Source of the DNA: Adineta vaga
Taxonomy: Eukaryota; Animalia; Rotifera
Assembly (NCBI GenBank): GCA_021613535.1
Contig: CP075496.1
Span: 13,082,001 to 13,146,000 of the forward strand
Direction of reading: 5' to 3'
DNA: 64,000 bases
A program made the position numbers and the translations under genes. The notes under the pieces are model-generated. The model was given only the letters and a program-made list of their open reading frames with translations, was not told the origin of the DNA and did not search any database. Below are positions 28,566 through 42,800 of this stretch, piece by piece; position 1 is the first letter of the stretch, and each line of letters opens with the position of its first letter.

Positions 28566-31381
28566 CCAGGGAACTGAATACTGAATAAATTTGATGTGTC
28601 TATCACCGACTCACAAGTTTGACTTATTCTTGAAAAGACGAAATGGAAAAATAATGTCGACAAATATGTATATAATGATTGAACTATTCTAAATAAATCA
28701 ACGAATTAAATATCATCTAGAAAAGAAAAATACAAAATACTAATTTTTTTTTTTTTTCAAATTAAATAGGAAGAATCGTCCTTTTTCTGCACTATTCTTC
28801 AAGTATCTATATCATAGATGATAATGATGTAAAAGAGCAACGGCTTGTCATAGTAGAAATAACAAGTAGACAGCAGCAATAGAGTATTAAATGTCGAGAT
28901 ATTTATTAAAAAAACTATGAACGAAGGAGCGAACGAATGAATTTAGTTTCTTTTGCATACTCACTTCACATCTCGAGAAAAATACTGAATCGATGATAGA
29001 AAGTAAGAGAAAAAGACACATCCGGGAAAAGAAGGAAGTATTTTCCGATCCGATAAAAACTACTAGAAAGAGAGGGAGAGAAAAAAAAGAAGGAAAAGAA
29101 GAGAAAAAGGTAAAATGGATGTATTGCATCTAAATATCAAACGATTGTACGCAGGTAAGTAATTAATTATATTAGAAACATTTATATATTTAGAAATTTT
29201 TGTAATTTTTACTCTAATTGATACGAAACATATGTCTGACAGTAATCAAGAAATACCAAGCAATGGTAGACAGATATGTTCATTCTCTTTTTACTGACTA
29301 TCTAAAGAAGAAGGACATAATCAGATCTGTATCGTCTAAAATCTTATTTAAAATAATGCAACAGTCTATTAATCGACCTTCGACTGAACATTGATATGCG
29401 TTCTAGACGATAATTTGTTCTTAAGAGGGTTAGAAAATAGATTAACAGTTTAGCATCGTCTCTATTGTCACTATACATCAAGTTAATATCGTATGAAAAT
29501 AATGTGTCTATCTGCACTGCTCATCATCAATACGAATGGTAGTAACAATAGTAGCAGCAATGACAATACCAGAAAGACAGAAAAAGAGGAGGAAAAAAAG
29601 AGAAGTCGCGAATCGAACGATGACAAGCTATTCGGAATGAATTTATTGATGAGAAATAGGATAAGCCTGAGTGTACATCATTAGAAGAAAACGACGATGA
29701 CTTCTGCTGATCTATGATAAAAAACAAACGAGATATTTCCTAGCAAAAACATACGCATAACTGTCACTATTTTGCTGATGTTGTTGCCGTTATTATTATT
29801 ATAATTATTATCGTAACGACGGTACTTTAGGGTGTAACATTAGAAAAACAAGCAGCAAAGGCGATCAGAGAAAGGAAAGAAAGAACTGTCAATCAATATG
29901 AAAATCGGGTTTTCATTGCGATTATATAAACAGTCTTTTTTCTAAAATTTGCTATAAATATATTTATGTATGTATCTATAAATATAACAGAGAAAACATA
30001 TAAGTATTCAAGAGAATATTACTTATTTCAAGATTTTTTGAGGAATGCTAATAGTGATTTCTAATCAATCTGGACGAAGGAAGAATATGTAAACATTAAT
30101 TTTATTGTAAAAATGACATAGTTTTTAACTGTTTTCATAAATATATAATTTGTGGATATACTACTATACTTCGTCATGAAGAATAAAAAAGTATTTACTA
30201 GAAATCAGTTATGCTGATTGTTGTTTATTACAGTTATATTACAAACAGATGTTACATTGATGTATAACGGATGTCTATACGATTAGTATTGCTTATAGGA
30301 ATGAAAATAAGAATCTTTTCGGTACACGTGATGATCAATTCAATGTTTCCCTTTTGGAAATAATTCCAAATACGATTATGTTTATTGTCCGCGATACCAA
30401 GTAATAGGCAAGCAACAGTGCTAAATTGTGCAATATTGTTGGTTAAATATTGAACAATATCAATACTTTGTGGAATAATAATAAAATCCCGCATGAATAC
30501 TTTGACAAAATTGTTTTCTGACAAATTAATCTGAATTGTCCACAAGTGATCATTTGAGAAGTTTTTACTAACTTGGAAAAGAAATTGTTCTATCTATGAA
30601 ACATGATATTTAGCATAGAGTTATTTTATATTTATCTCAAAAATAAAATTGTTTAGTTTATATGAGATCGAGCGAAAACAAATATTTTTTACGTTTAAAA
30701 AGAATCGTTACACGAACATCGATCATTGTTTTATAAACATAACGAATAAGTAGATAATAGTCATTGTAACAACTGATAGTCTTTGATTTCAATGCATTGG
30801 AGGCTAGTTCATACTTGAACATACAATTGTCTTTGAAATTTCATCTTCTAGTACCATATCATAAGCTCAGAAGAAACCTTTACAGTTGAGTTTTGAATAA
30901 AACTTACCTTGACAATGTGTAAGAAAGCAAAGATGTAAAAATTTCTTATCAACAAGATATATCTTTGCATAAAATGTATAATATATGTTGATTATGGGAA
31001 TTTTTAGCGAACTTACTAATGCTAATTTTCATTCTACAAATAAAATCTATGGATCTGATTGGTAACGAATGCCATCTGTCGAATTCATTGTGCATACTAC
31101 AATGACATTGGCTATAGTTCTTAACATTATTATCATTCACTCCTTATTTTTTGAGTCGCTAGCTAACCAGTTGATCAATTGATTATACAAAAATAAATAT
31201 ACATCACCTGATTTCTCACTTGACTCATTTTCATTTAATTTTTGTTGAATATTATTATTATTAACTCAACAATCAAATAACAAAAATACAACGCTAAACT
31301 ATTTGTTTTATTTACCTTGTGTTATTATTTTATTTTCGTTGCATTGTATCTTTACAATATTAAGATTATAATCAAACGAAA

Positions 31382-33020
31382 ATGGATGCAATAATTCCTA
31401 TTGATACACCGGAAGTGAATGGTACTGCTCTTAATGAATCATTTCGTTTACGTACTGATAGTATATCCGAAAGTACACCCATGGACGAAAAGAAAATTCA
31501 ATCGAGTGATGTTATCGAACCTGTTGTTAAGACGACTTATTCAACATCAACTGGATTTGATGTTCGAGAAGTTTATGAATCATTTGTTTCTGCTTTAAAA
31601 GAACCTCAAAATCCTAAATCATCGATCGATACACAAGATTATATCAATGGTTATAAAGCCTTAGTAAAGTAAGTTTTGTTTTCGAACAAATTTTCATAGA
31701 ATATTTCGATGAAAACCTATTCTCATTCTCTTTTTAGATTCTTCGATCAACTTGGTCGTGTATTTAAATTTGTTAAAGATGATGTGGTAGAAAAATTAGA
31801 TATTCTACAAGAATTTGTTGATAATGATAAAAATGATCCACCACAATTTGATACAATACAAAGAGCCATTGATTATGAAACAGAACATGGTTTAATTAAA
31901 ACTAATTCGACTAATTTTGCTCGAACTTTATTAAGACTTCATCGTGCTTTAATTTTTATTGAAGAATTTCTTCGTGGTTTAAGTGAACGACCGTCATCGG
32001 ATAGTACAGTAACGATTGCAACAAATGCTTATGATTCGACATTATATTATCATCGTAAGTGCGAGAAAAAGAATAAGATTTATCATCTCAATATTTATCG
32101 TACTGTCATCTCCTTATCGGATAAATGACATGTTAAATTCGATGTGTTCATCAGCTATAATTATTCTATTTTTAGTTAAAGCCACCGAGAGAACTTCCCT
32201 ACCGTTAACTTTCATCTCTGCTAAATCTCAATAGGTTTTATTTATCCAATATTGAGTTATAATCTAGTATTTCTAAAGAGTGTCATGAGAGAACGTTTCT
32301 GATATTATCGAAAATATCCTTATAGTGTTTGTTATCTGCTATTCATTAGAAATGTATATATAACTATATTATTGATCTTTATAGTTTGCCATTGAGAAAA
32401 ACAAACTAAGATGAAAATAACCAGAAACGTTCTATTATTTACGGTTTAAATATCACGCAGATAGAACATGATCATACATTGGATGAATGATAGTAATTGT
32501 ATTGCGGATCATTGCTAGCATAGCTCTCATATCTTTCATAAATCTGTCCGATGGGAACAAATTATGACCAATAAGAAATAAATGAGTCTTTCATCGATTA
32601 TTAACTGTTACGATGAAAGAGTTTACCTTTGAATCTTGCATTTTATTATCATTGATTTCACTGAATCGAGAATTCCGTTTTATATGATACTACCTATAAT
32701 CAATCAGATCGAACATAACATTCATTGATAATAAACAGAAAGGAATCTCTCTATCAAAACACGCGAAATAACCTTTGATATAGTTTACCTTTGATGATTA
32801 ATATGAAGGTGAATTTTCTTTAGATGGCTTTCTCATTCGTACAACAGTCAAGGTTGGATTTCGTGCATTACCATCACGTAAACAATTAGATGATATACTT
32901 TTTCATGGCCATAAATCTGATATTCTCGATGAATATAAAACATTTATAGAAACACTCAAACAAATTTATGATATTATTGAAGCATATTATAAAGAAAAAC
33001 AATATTTACAATTACCATAA
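31382..33020 (+). CDS. CPTP: Glycolipid transfer protein family, ceramide-1-phosphate transfer protein-like
   Basis: FFDQLGRVFKFVKDDVVEKLDIL, ARTLLRLHRALIFI, AYDSTLYYHH|GFLIRTTVKVGFRALPSRKQL; ends LQLP*; 3 exons. Confidence 0.85.
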
Positions 33021-34448
33021 ATTAACGCAAACAGAAAATAAGTAGTGCAGTGACTTTTATATCAAAGAAGAATATCATTTTATTTATTTATTTTTCTCTG
33101 TCCGTCCAAAATCTATACGTAGTTCTCTTTCTTTTTCTTTTCAACGTCGTCAAGTATTTGTCTTAGTGGATATAAAACATTAAAAAACATCAAGATTTCG
33201 TATTCAATTGAAAATAAATCAAAAGAGATTTTTATGCATTTTTATTTCTTTCGCGGTCGTCTGTTTGATATCTTCGCTTTGTTTTGTATGTAATGAAGGT
33301 AAAAATCGAGTGTTGTTCTTATTTTTTATATCCTATGCATGTATTTATATTATTTATCTTCACTCTTTGCATACTTATTACAAACGCTTGTAAAAAAGAA
33401 CGAATAAAATATGGGGGCTCTGTCAATGATTAGAAAAATGTTATGTCGACTTTAGAGCAATAAATAATGATTAATCAAAACGTTTTTTGTTCTTTCATTA
33501 TTATCATAGATTTCTCATAATCTTTCCATGAAATGCAATGTCAATATTATGATAAATGATTTTGATTCTAGTCTCTATTTGCTGCTAGAAATCAAGATAT
33601 CGAAAGAAAAAGAATTTGATATTTGTGTGTGCGTTTGAGTTGAATTTAAACATCAAAAAAAGCGACAAACTTAGAACTTGCTAGAAAAATACCAAACCAC
33701 TTGAAAATGAGAACGCAGGAATAAACAGAATGAGAAAAGAAGAAGAAGAAGAAGAAACAACGAATCTTGAAAGAAAACAAGCAAACTAAGAGATACCGAC
33801 TCGTTTGCACACATTAGTTAAGAATACATTCAATTGATAGAACAATGCTCTTTTGATATTTGTTTTCTTCATTGTTTAGTTATTAATATTGATCAAGAAA
33901 AGGGAAAATAGAAGGGAAATCAGAAAAGAGAAAACAAGCAATGACGACAACAAAATACTTGATGCATGTGAATGACCAAAAAGAAGAGAAATTAAAGGGA
34001 AAGAAATATTTGTGCTTTAACAAACAAAAAAGCGAAAGCAGAAAAGAAAAAAAAAGAGATATGAACACGAAAGAGCACAAAAATTCATCACGTAAATAAG
34101 AAGGGAAAGCAGAAGAATATAAGAATCTATCGATGACAATAATCGAAATAGGATTGAATAAAGAAAGAACACACACGCACACAAATTGACACACAATAAA
34201 TCGCCTAGTAATTATTTCTTGTTTTTATGTACTAAGCTAAGGGATGAATAGAGAGAGAGAGAAAAAATGAAGGAGAATAGTCAGTATAATCTTGAAAATT
34301 GAAATAATGATAATTGATAAAAGAAATAATAATAATAATAATAATACTTGCTCTTGCTTAGAGTGCGGAGAAACACCGACGAGAAAAAGCAAAAAAAAAC
34401 ATACAACACGAGACGACAATTAAGTTGTTAAACAAGACTAGAACATAT

Positions 34449-36938
34449 CTATGTTCTAACTGGTTGATTCGCTCCCTGTTCTGATGTTGCTGCTGGGTTA
34501 TAACCGGCGGCTGCTCGTCGTCGTCGTACAAGTAATATAATCAAACCAATAAGTAAAAGACCAGCTACTGCTGCAACAATGATGATAATTGGTATCCAAC
34601 CTAATTTCTTTTTTGTCGATGGTGGAGTTTCAGTACTATCTCCAGTACTAGCATCTGTAGATTGATTTGGATCAGCTGGATCAGGCTGATTACGTCCATC
34701 TCCTTCTTGTCGATTTTCATTACCTTCTCCATCTTGACGATTTTCGTTGCCATCTCCTTCTCGATTTTCATTACCTTCAACTGTTGTACTACTTTCACCT
34801 TGGTTGGGATCTATAAATATATGTAAGAGAATTGTTTAATCTCATTATCTGTCATATTATTTTTAATGAGTTATTTTCTATGTGAATGTCACAGACAAGT
34901 GAATGAGACAATCTTGTTAAGAAAATAATAGAATATCATTGATATCGTAAAAATAAGTAGAAAATCATTTCGAAATCTGACGTTTTCTCTTTCTAATTAA
35001 TCAATAATATCTATTTCATCTTTCAATTCAATGATTAGTCATAAAACAGCAATCGCAGGTGCTCATTTCAAATAGTAACTATGATTTATTTATTTGCTTT
35101 CCTATTACTTTCGTAATCAGTTAAATAGTCGAAAGGAACTTGTGATCTTTCATTATTTAGCTCATCCATATTTGGCGATGATGTTTGTGGTGAATCGTTT
35201 TGAATAACGGATGAATAGTAATCAGTTTTTTTCCCAGGAATATTATCATTGCTTTGAGAATACGATGATGATTGATATTCTGAAAACGTTATATAAGAAT
35301 TTTTTTCTCTCTCTTTCATAACTGTTCTTTATCAACCGTTTTCTCTCGAGTATTAAAAATATAAATGGGATTTTCTTGCTAAAAAATAAATCATCAAGAT
35401 CTTACCTGGATGATAATGATGTCCAGATTGTCCATGATCGTGTCCATCATCACCACTTTGTGGATTTGAAGGTGCTTGTTCATTTCCTTGTGATGATCCA
35501 CTTTGTTGAGATTTCTCTTGATCTTGATGTGTTATTTGATATGGACTAGTGTATAGTTTTGCTTCGCGTGGACGAAAAGCATCACTACCATCTAAACGTT
35601 GAATAGCTGGTGGAGCTTTAAATGATCTTGTTGCAGCATCATAATTGTTTTTAATAGCTGCACATGATGATTGATCACAACCTTGTGCATCACATGCATA
35701 TCGTCCGGAAGCTGATTCCAAATAAGCTGATGCGCATGTACAATGACCTCCACTTTGAATAGCTAAATTATATCAAATAGGTTCAAGATTTTGTTCTTGT
35801 CAATTTCTATAATACATACCTTGCACAGCTATTTGTCCGTTGGTTAATTTTTCAATCAATTCACATTGTTCTCTGTCATCAAGTTTTTCAATATTGCTTT
35901 CAAATTCTTTTAAACTAGGTAAACTGTTTAAAATAGCTAATGATGGTTTTGTATCTTTAATTGTTAATTTTTCTAATTTATTTAAACCATCAAATGCATG
36001 TGGATCAATATCTTTTTCAGTCGAAACCGATAATGTATGCAGATTAGAAAATTGTCGAAAAGCATTTGCTGAAATACGTTCTAGACTATGAATACGTAAT
36101 TCTCCTAAATTAGAATAATTGGGTGGATTATCACTAGAAAAATCGGTAACATAGAATGCGTTAATAATTAATTCATGTGCTGGATAGATAGGAAAATTTT
36201 GTGCTGTTAATTGACCAGCTTGTTTAGCTAATTCTAATCGACCAATGTTGCCTGTAAATGGTTGTGATAAATCTGAACGTATATCTCCACCACTTAAACG
36301 TAAATATTTGATATTTGCTCCGGTAAATAATTGTTGAAATGTTCCACGAAATGGATAGAGAACATATAATTCTAATGAATCAACATTTAAATTGGCAAAT
36401 AAATTGACATTATCATTCGGCTGAACTTGTTGATTATAAACTTCCAATGCCTATTGAGAAAAGAAAAGAAAAATTTAATTTATAAGTAAAAAGAAAAAGT
36501 CAATTAAAGATTTACCAAATGTTTTCGAGTTGTAGCTGGTGCATTATCAGGAAAAACTCGACTGAATGCACCTGCGTGTAAACTAAGTGCAGTGAATTTT
36601 TCAAATTTAATACGAAATTGCATATTATCTGCATCAGGTTTAAATAATTGCTTGACCGGTTCGAAGGTTTGTTCATAAACATTTTGATCGCGTTCACCAT
36701 TGATCAATAATTCTACTGATGGATATTTTTCTCTTTCATTTGATAAAATATTCAATGTTTGAGGTAAATCACGATCAGTTGTACATGATACACTATAAGG
36801 TGAACATTTGCAATCGAAACCTTCGATAGCTTGACAATATTGTGGTTCACTTTGTCGACGTGAAAGTGATTTACGAAGTAATGTTGCTGATGAAAAGCAA
36901 ACGAGGACTATCAACGATAAGAATACCGTGCGTAACAT
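34449..36938 (-). CDS. Type I membrane leucine-rich-repeat protein
   Basis: Signal peptide MLRTVFLSLIVLVCFSSA; Cys cap CQAIEGFDCKC...C; LRRs ISANAFRQFSNLHTLSV and IDPHAFDGLNKLEKLTI; CTC...C cap; polar stalk; TM WIPIIIIVAAVAGLLLIGLIILLV followed by RRRR. Confidence 0.85.
34695..34778 (-). repeat. Coding tandem repeat, 3 x GNENR(Q)(E/D)G(D/E)
   Basis: Three imperfect 24-27 nt units (GGTAATGAAAATCGA...) in the stalk exon. Confidence 0.7.
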
Positions 36939-39832
36939 AGTAATTCAAATATATTTTTTTCTTTTCTAAGTAGATAATCGAAATGAGAGGTAGAGAACGA
37001 GCAAATATATATTATCTGCACAAATATTCAATTGTACTAATAATGTAAACAAGAATGCCGATCTTTGGACCGATTAGTTAACAAAATCTATTATAGAAAA
37101 AAATAGAAAATATCATCGTCAGACATGCAAATTTGTACTTACTATTGTCGTGTTATAAAATAAGTCATCTAATGGAAAAAAACCGTCAATGATATCGAAA
37201 TTATCTAAAATTTCAAAAGAAGAAAATTATTATTTTATCACTTTGTTCTAATAATTATTTGTACACATGTGTCTGCATCTCATTATGCAATAATCTTGAG
37301 ATCTAAGCGTCTGGAAAATATGAAGAGAGATGTATGTATACATATAAGTAGTCCGTCTACCATTCTCTTTTCTTTTTCTTCTCTCCTCTCCATCATCTTC
37401 TGGAGTACTTTAGTGATCATTGATCAATGAATTAGTCTCTTTCTTTCACTCGATGTTACTGATTCTCAGCTTATAAATATTAGTCAGATTTCAGCGGATA
37501 GATTACGATTAGATTATTATTCTTAGCCAAGAAAGTACTGGTGTTAGAACAGGCAGACAAAACATTCGCTCTAAGGCATACTGTGAGGATAACATTTGAC
37601 GAACCAAACACATACGCTAGAAAGCTGAGCGTACATGTAGAGAAACGATGGAACATAGTGAATAAATGAAGAAATAGGGAACGAACAGCTCAACAACTGA
37701 GATTATAAGGGTATACTTGTCCTTCCTATGTATGTTCAATCAGTCAGTCTGCCTGCTGGCGATGATGATGTTGATGAATAGAATATGTTAAGAAGAGAAA
37801 ATTGAAAATTGAAAGGTAAAGCGTCGTAAAATCATAGAAAAGAAACTTAAAGACGAGAAAAAAGAAGAAGAAGAAGAAAAGTTTGTTCCTTTTTTAATTG
37901 AACATTGTCGTCACCGTTGTCGGCGACCATTGTAAACAAAACTTCAGTCTGTCAGAGATTGTGCAAATTTGTTGGATACTCTCTTAATATTTCATCTATT
38001 CTCTTCTCGTCGTACTCTACTATCAACATGAATATGTGAATGTCTGTATGTTTTACATAATAGACGAAGAGAAGAGAAAAGAAAAAAAAAGAAATAGAGA
38101 CGAAGAAAGAAGAAAAAAAGGTACTACAGTCGTGTTGTTGCCGCTGCAGCGACTTCTTCGTTGGCGATGGTTACGATCGTTGTGGTATTCATAGTAGTTG
38201 CGCGTTGCGGTTACAAACCGACATATAGTTAAAGAAAAAATGCATTGTAGAAAGAGAACAGTTCTATCTCTCTTCTCTTCTTTTCTCTCTTGTTCTCTCT
38301 CGCTCTCCCTCTTTGTTCGTAACGCATTTAGCCCATTACACATTTTTACGTCAAAAAACGAATGCCGATTTGGCGATTGTATGTTAATATCGCTGATATG
38401 GTTTGCTGTTCTTACTATTGCTTACGATATTCTTGTCTGGCCATTAGACAGACTCATTCTAATGAGCTCAGAAAGACAAACGAAGAGAAAAAAGAGAAGC
38501 GAAGAGAAAAAAGAAGAAGACAACGACGGCGCGACGATGCTGAGGAAGGGAAAGCATCTTCAGACGACGAGGAATCGAGAGAATATCAGTCTCTCGTGGG
38601 CAAAACAAAATAAAGCAATAGCATGAAGATAGATCGACTTTTCTCTCATATTATCAATACAAATAAGTATGTGTTGGCGGTTGACTAAGCTATTTGATAG
38701 TCTATCTGTCTATCTGTCAATGATGAATTATGCCATGGCTTCTCATTGTCAACCAAAACTCATGATGGAAAACCTTGTGGACTCGTCGTCTCGAGGATAA
38801 ACAAGTTGACCAATAATTTGCCAATGTCATCTTTTCTTCCTATACTTCTGACCCTATTTTCTTGATTTCTCTCTCTCCCTCTCTCTCTCTCTCTTTGTCT
38901 CTTTATCGACTTCTTTATAAATCTTTTTACCATTGTTTTTTTTTCAATGAAGGCACATCTGTAATCGACAAGCTCGTCTATAGTCAATGGTGCTGAGAAT
39001 GATGATTACCTTTTATTTGCTTCAATATAATTCAAGTAAAAAACGACCAGATGGAGAAAGAAAACCTTCAAAGAACGAGCTTGATGATTATATATGTCCT
39101 CCAAGATACAGGCAAAAAAAAGACAAAAAAAAACGCAACAAAGAGTGAAAAAGTGCGTCAGCTGCGATTCTATACCACAGAATTTTTTGGCTTGAGATGT
39201 ATATATACGAACGCTCACCAATTTATATATATATATATATATGTGTGTGTATATGAGACGCTTCATTACATCTTATACACCAGCATATTCACAATAGTAG
39301 TCCGCATGTTGGCTTATCAGCTCGTGTACATGTATGCGCGTATGTTTGAAAAGAGTGGAATCTAACTATCGTCTTACTATATTATGGATGAGAGGGTCAG
39401 AACACAAAAGAGAAAAAGAGAAACGAGAAAGAATACGACGAGTGTAAAGAAAATGACCTTTACTAGCAATCTCACTGTTCACATTGGCAAGCGATCGATT
39501 CGTCAATTTTATTACCGATGATAGAAAGCGATGATCCATTCACCTCATATAAATATACTATATATCTTCAGGCGATTATTTCTGTTAGCGGTTTTTTTAA
39601 CGAAGTTTGCCTCTTATCTCGATAGTTTAAAGCAAATAGATGTATATAAGAAAGAAACAAAAAAATCCGAAGAATAAGAAGATTAACGATTGTTATTATT
39701 TGGTTGTGACTACGCTGCACTTATTATTCAATAGAAAAAGAAAAGAATATTAGTATTAATTTTCCTTTTCTTCTTATCGATCATCAATGTAGTCAACAGA
39801 AATAAAAATACACAAAGATCATATTCTTTTCG

Positions 39833-39855
39833 ATATATATATATATATATATATA
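39833..39855. repeat. (AT)n microsatellite; similar tracts near 17396, 39224 and 46410
   Basis: Seen directly in the sequence. Confidence 0.8.
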
Positions 39856-42800
39856 CGTAGATCGCATATCATATTCGTATTCTTTCTTTTTCGATTTAGT
39901 TACATACGTAGATATATTTATAAACTTATCTCATGAGTAATAGCAAGTGTTAGAAGTTCCATTAGTAAAAAAAATAAACTTCTTTTTCTTTCTCTTCAGT
40001 CCAATGTTGGCTAATCAAATAAAATACTTGACTTTTTCTTCTTCTTCTACCGATCCCATACAATTACATAGAAATATGTTCATCAAGGGATTTGATGATC
40101 ATACATGTCTTCCAGACACAATAGATGATGAAACCACTAAAATTATTGCTATCTCTTATCATAATTCTTCACCTTTTTGTCTATCTATCTATGTATATAT
40201 CTATCTAATTATAATAGTTTTCGTTTTATTTTATTGGTCTTCGATGCGTTTATTACATAGATATGTATATAAGTAACATAGAAGATAAATCAAATAACAA
40301 TATAGAAAAACATCGAGAAAGAAGATAAAGATTATTCCACTAGCAAATGTTAGTTTCTTTTTCTTGTTGATGCCACTAGTAAAATAAGCGGAAATTGAAT
40401 TTTTTTACTATTAGTTGTTATTGAGGCAAAAAAAACTTAATCATGATGTAATTAGTGGGAATAAGATGTGTCCTGTCTTCGACTCCTATTTGCTTCGAGT
40501 GTCTATTAATAAACAAGCACGTTCCGCCTCTACTATTTCCTTATTCTTCTTTTAATAACACAAATAAATTTATTTAGACATTCTCGTTTTCTATTTTAAA
40601 TTTGTATAGTCGATTGAGGAAAAAAAAACATGACGTGATTTATGTTCATTATGACGAGAAAAAAAAAGAACGCAACCTTCACCTTTTATGACGCTTGAAG
40701 GACAATCCTAACAATTGCTGGTAATGAACGTCATATTGAAGTGAATAAAAAAAAAATAGTGACTTAAAGCGAAAGGGAAACCTATGATACGATAAGGCAC
40801 TCAAAAGGATTATAAAATATTAATACAATTATATTCTATTATTCTCTTTGGTATATTTTCTTTTTCGTATAAAAGTAAAAGAAAAAAAAACTTCGAACAT
40901 TATATTTTGATGAATACGTTAACAATAATAACGTAACTTACTTTTAACGACATTCAGGTGTGAATGTTCGAACGAACAGGAAGGGTAGGCATAGAAAATA
41001 AGTACCAAAAAAAATGAGTTTTACGCGTATTCTTTCAGTTGTCCTTGAAATGTAACGACAAAAAGAGCAAGGAAATCGATGTAAAAAGATAGGATGGTAA
41101 CGGTAGTTAGCTGCTCTCGTTTCTTTCTGCCTATGCTTCGTAAATGGGTATATGTGACAATTTTTTTAAAGAATACCAGTAGAGACATTTGCACAAAAAG
41201 AGAAGCACAAGAGAATAGACCCATAGAGACTTCTTTTTATATATCAGTAGTACTCGGTTTGTCATTAAACATAAATTACTAAATAGGTTATATTTCCAAT
41301 GAAGCAGAAGACTAGCTATAACACTGAGATAATGCATTGTCAACTAAATTCCATATTTATTCACATCACCGTCTTTTATTCTCATCTTGCTAGTTAGAAT
41401 TTTCATCTTATAAAAAAAAAGAAAAGAAATATGATGCGGTTGTTAAAAATTTTATATAAAAGATTGCTCACAAGAAAAAATAAGAAACTCTAAGTATTCA
41501 AGGACTACCTGTCTGCACGTCATCCGATGAAAAGTGTTTTCTATGAAAAAAAAGAGAAAAAGATCTTTTTTTATTCTCATATTTTTTTCTCTTCTCGATG
41601 CATTTTTTTTCTCGCTTCAAATCCTTCTCACTTGTTGATAGGTAGTCTTTTTCTCTTTCCTCATTTTCTTTTTCCGATGCTGCATTCATTAAACACATCT
41701 GCTAAGCAAATGCTCTGCATGCAAACAGACATTGAGAAAACTTCGTAAAAGAACCATTCGGCTCGAACGATAACACATTAGGTTACATAGTATAATTACG
41801 ATCGTAGTGACGAAACTACAGCATAAATAACGTCAGATGAGAGTACTAGTTCAATAGATGAAAGTTATATTCATGTTACTCGAGAAAAAGAAAGAAACTA
41901 CGAGTTCCGGAGGCTGGTTTTAACCATGTTAACAGTAGTATACTTGTTCAGATCAAACTCAACGATAACGAAAAAGCTTTTTTTTTCTCTCTCTAGTTCT
42001 CTTCGAGTTTCCTTTTCTTTTGCTAGTCGCGTCGATTATTATGCATTCAGTAACGAGGAGGAAAAAAAAGAGAATGACTATAAAAGAAAATGGAAACTAG
42101 TCTCTTTTCCGGATAGAACGACTAGTATATATGGATTGAATTTCGGCGCGCGTGTGCGATAGAGTTCAATCATGGTCTATACACGCATACATGCCGATGA
42201 ATACAGTATGTAGTCAAAGAGGAATCTAAGGAAACAGACATGAAGGAAATAACTCTTATTGATTTGCAAATCGAGTTTTTCTTTTTCTTCGGCGTCATCG
42301 TCGTCTTCTTCTTCTTCTTCTTCTCTCACTCTCTTTCTCTCAATTTAATCTCTTCGTTGCTCATTTTCAGCGATAGAAAACATCAAAAAGGAATACGGAA
42401 TAGAATAGTTTCCCAAATTAAAAATACATTGTTATGATTGATCGTCTCTCGTAGATCGCATATTCAATTGTCATGTATGTGTGAGTACGTGCGGTCAGTC
42501 AGTAATTAATCTTCGTTGAAGATAATCGATATTAAGACTATAATGTGATAATCAATGGTTAAAAAGTTCGACTATCCAAATAACAGGAACAAGCAACAAA
42601 AGGAAATTACCTAATAGTCACTAAATATAAATAAGAAGAGAGAAAATGATGTTGTGATCATTTTTCTTTTTATTCTCTTACTTTACATATCGATATAACA
42701 AGCGCGCGCAGTAGAGAGCGAGAGAGGAAAGAAAAGACATTCATCTTTATAAAAGAGTGGAATCAATAGTTGGGTCAAGGAGAGAAGTTATTGGAGATTG

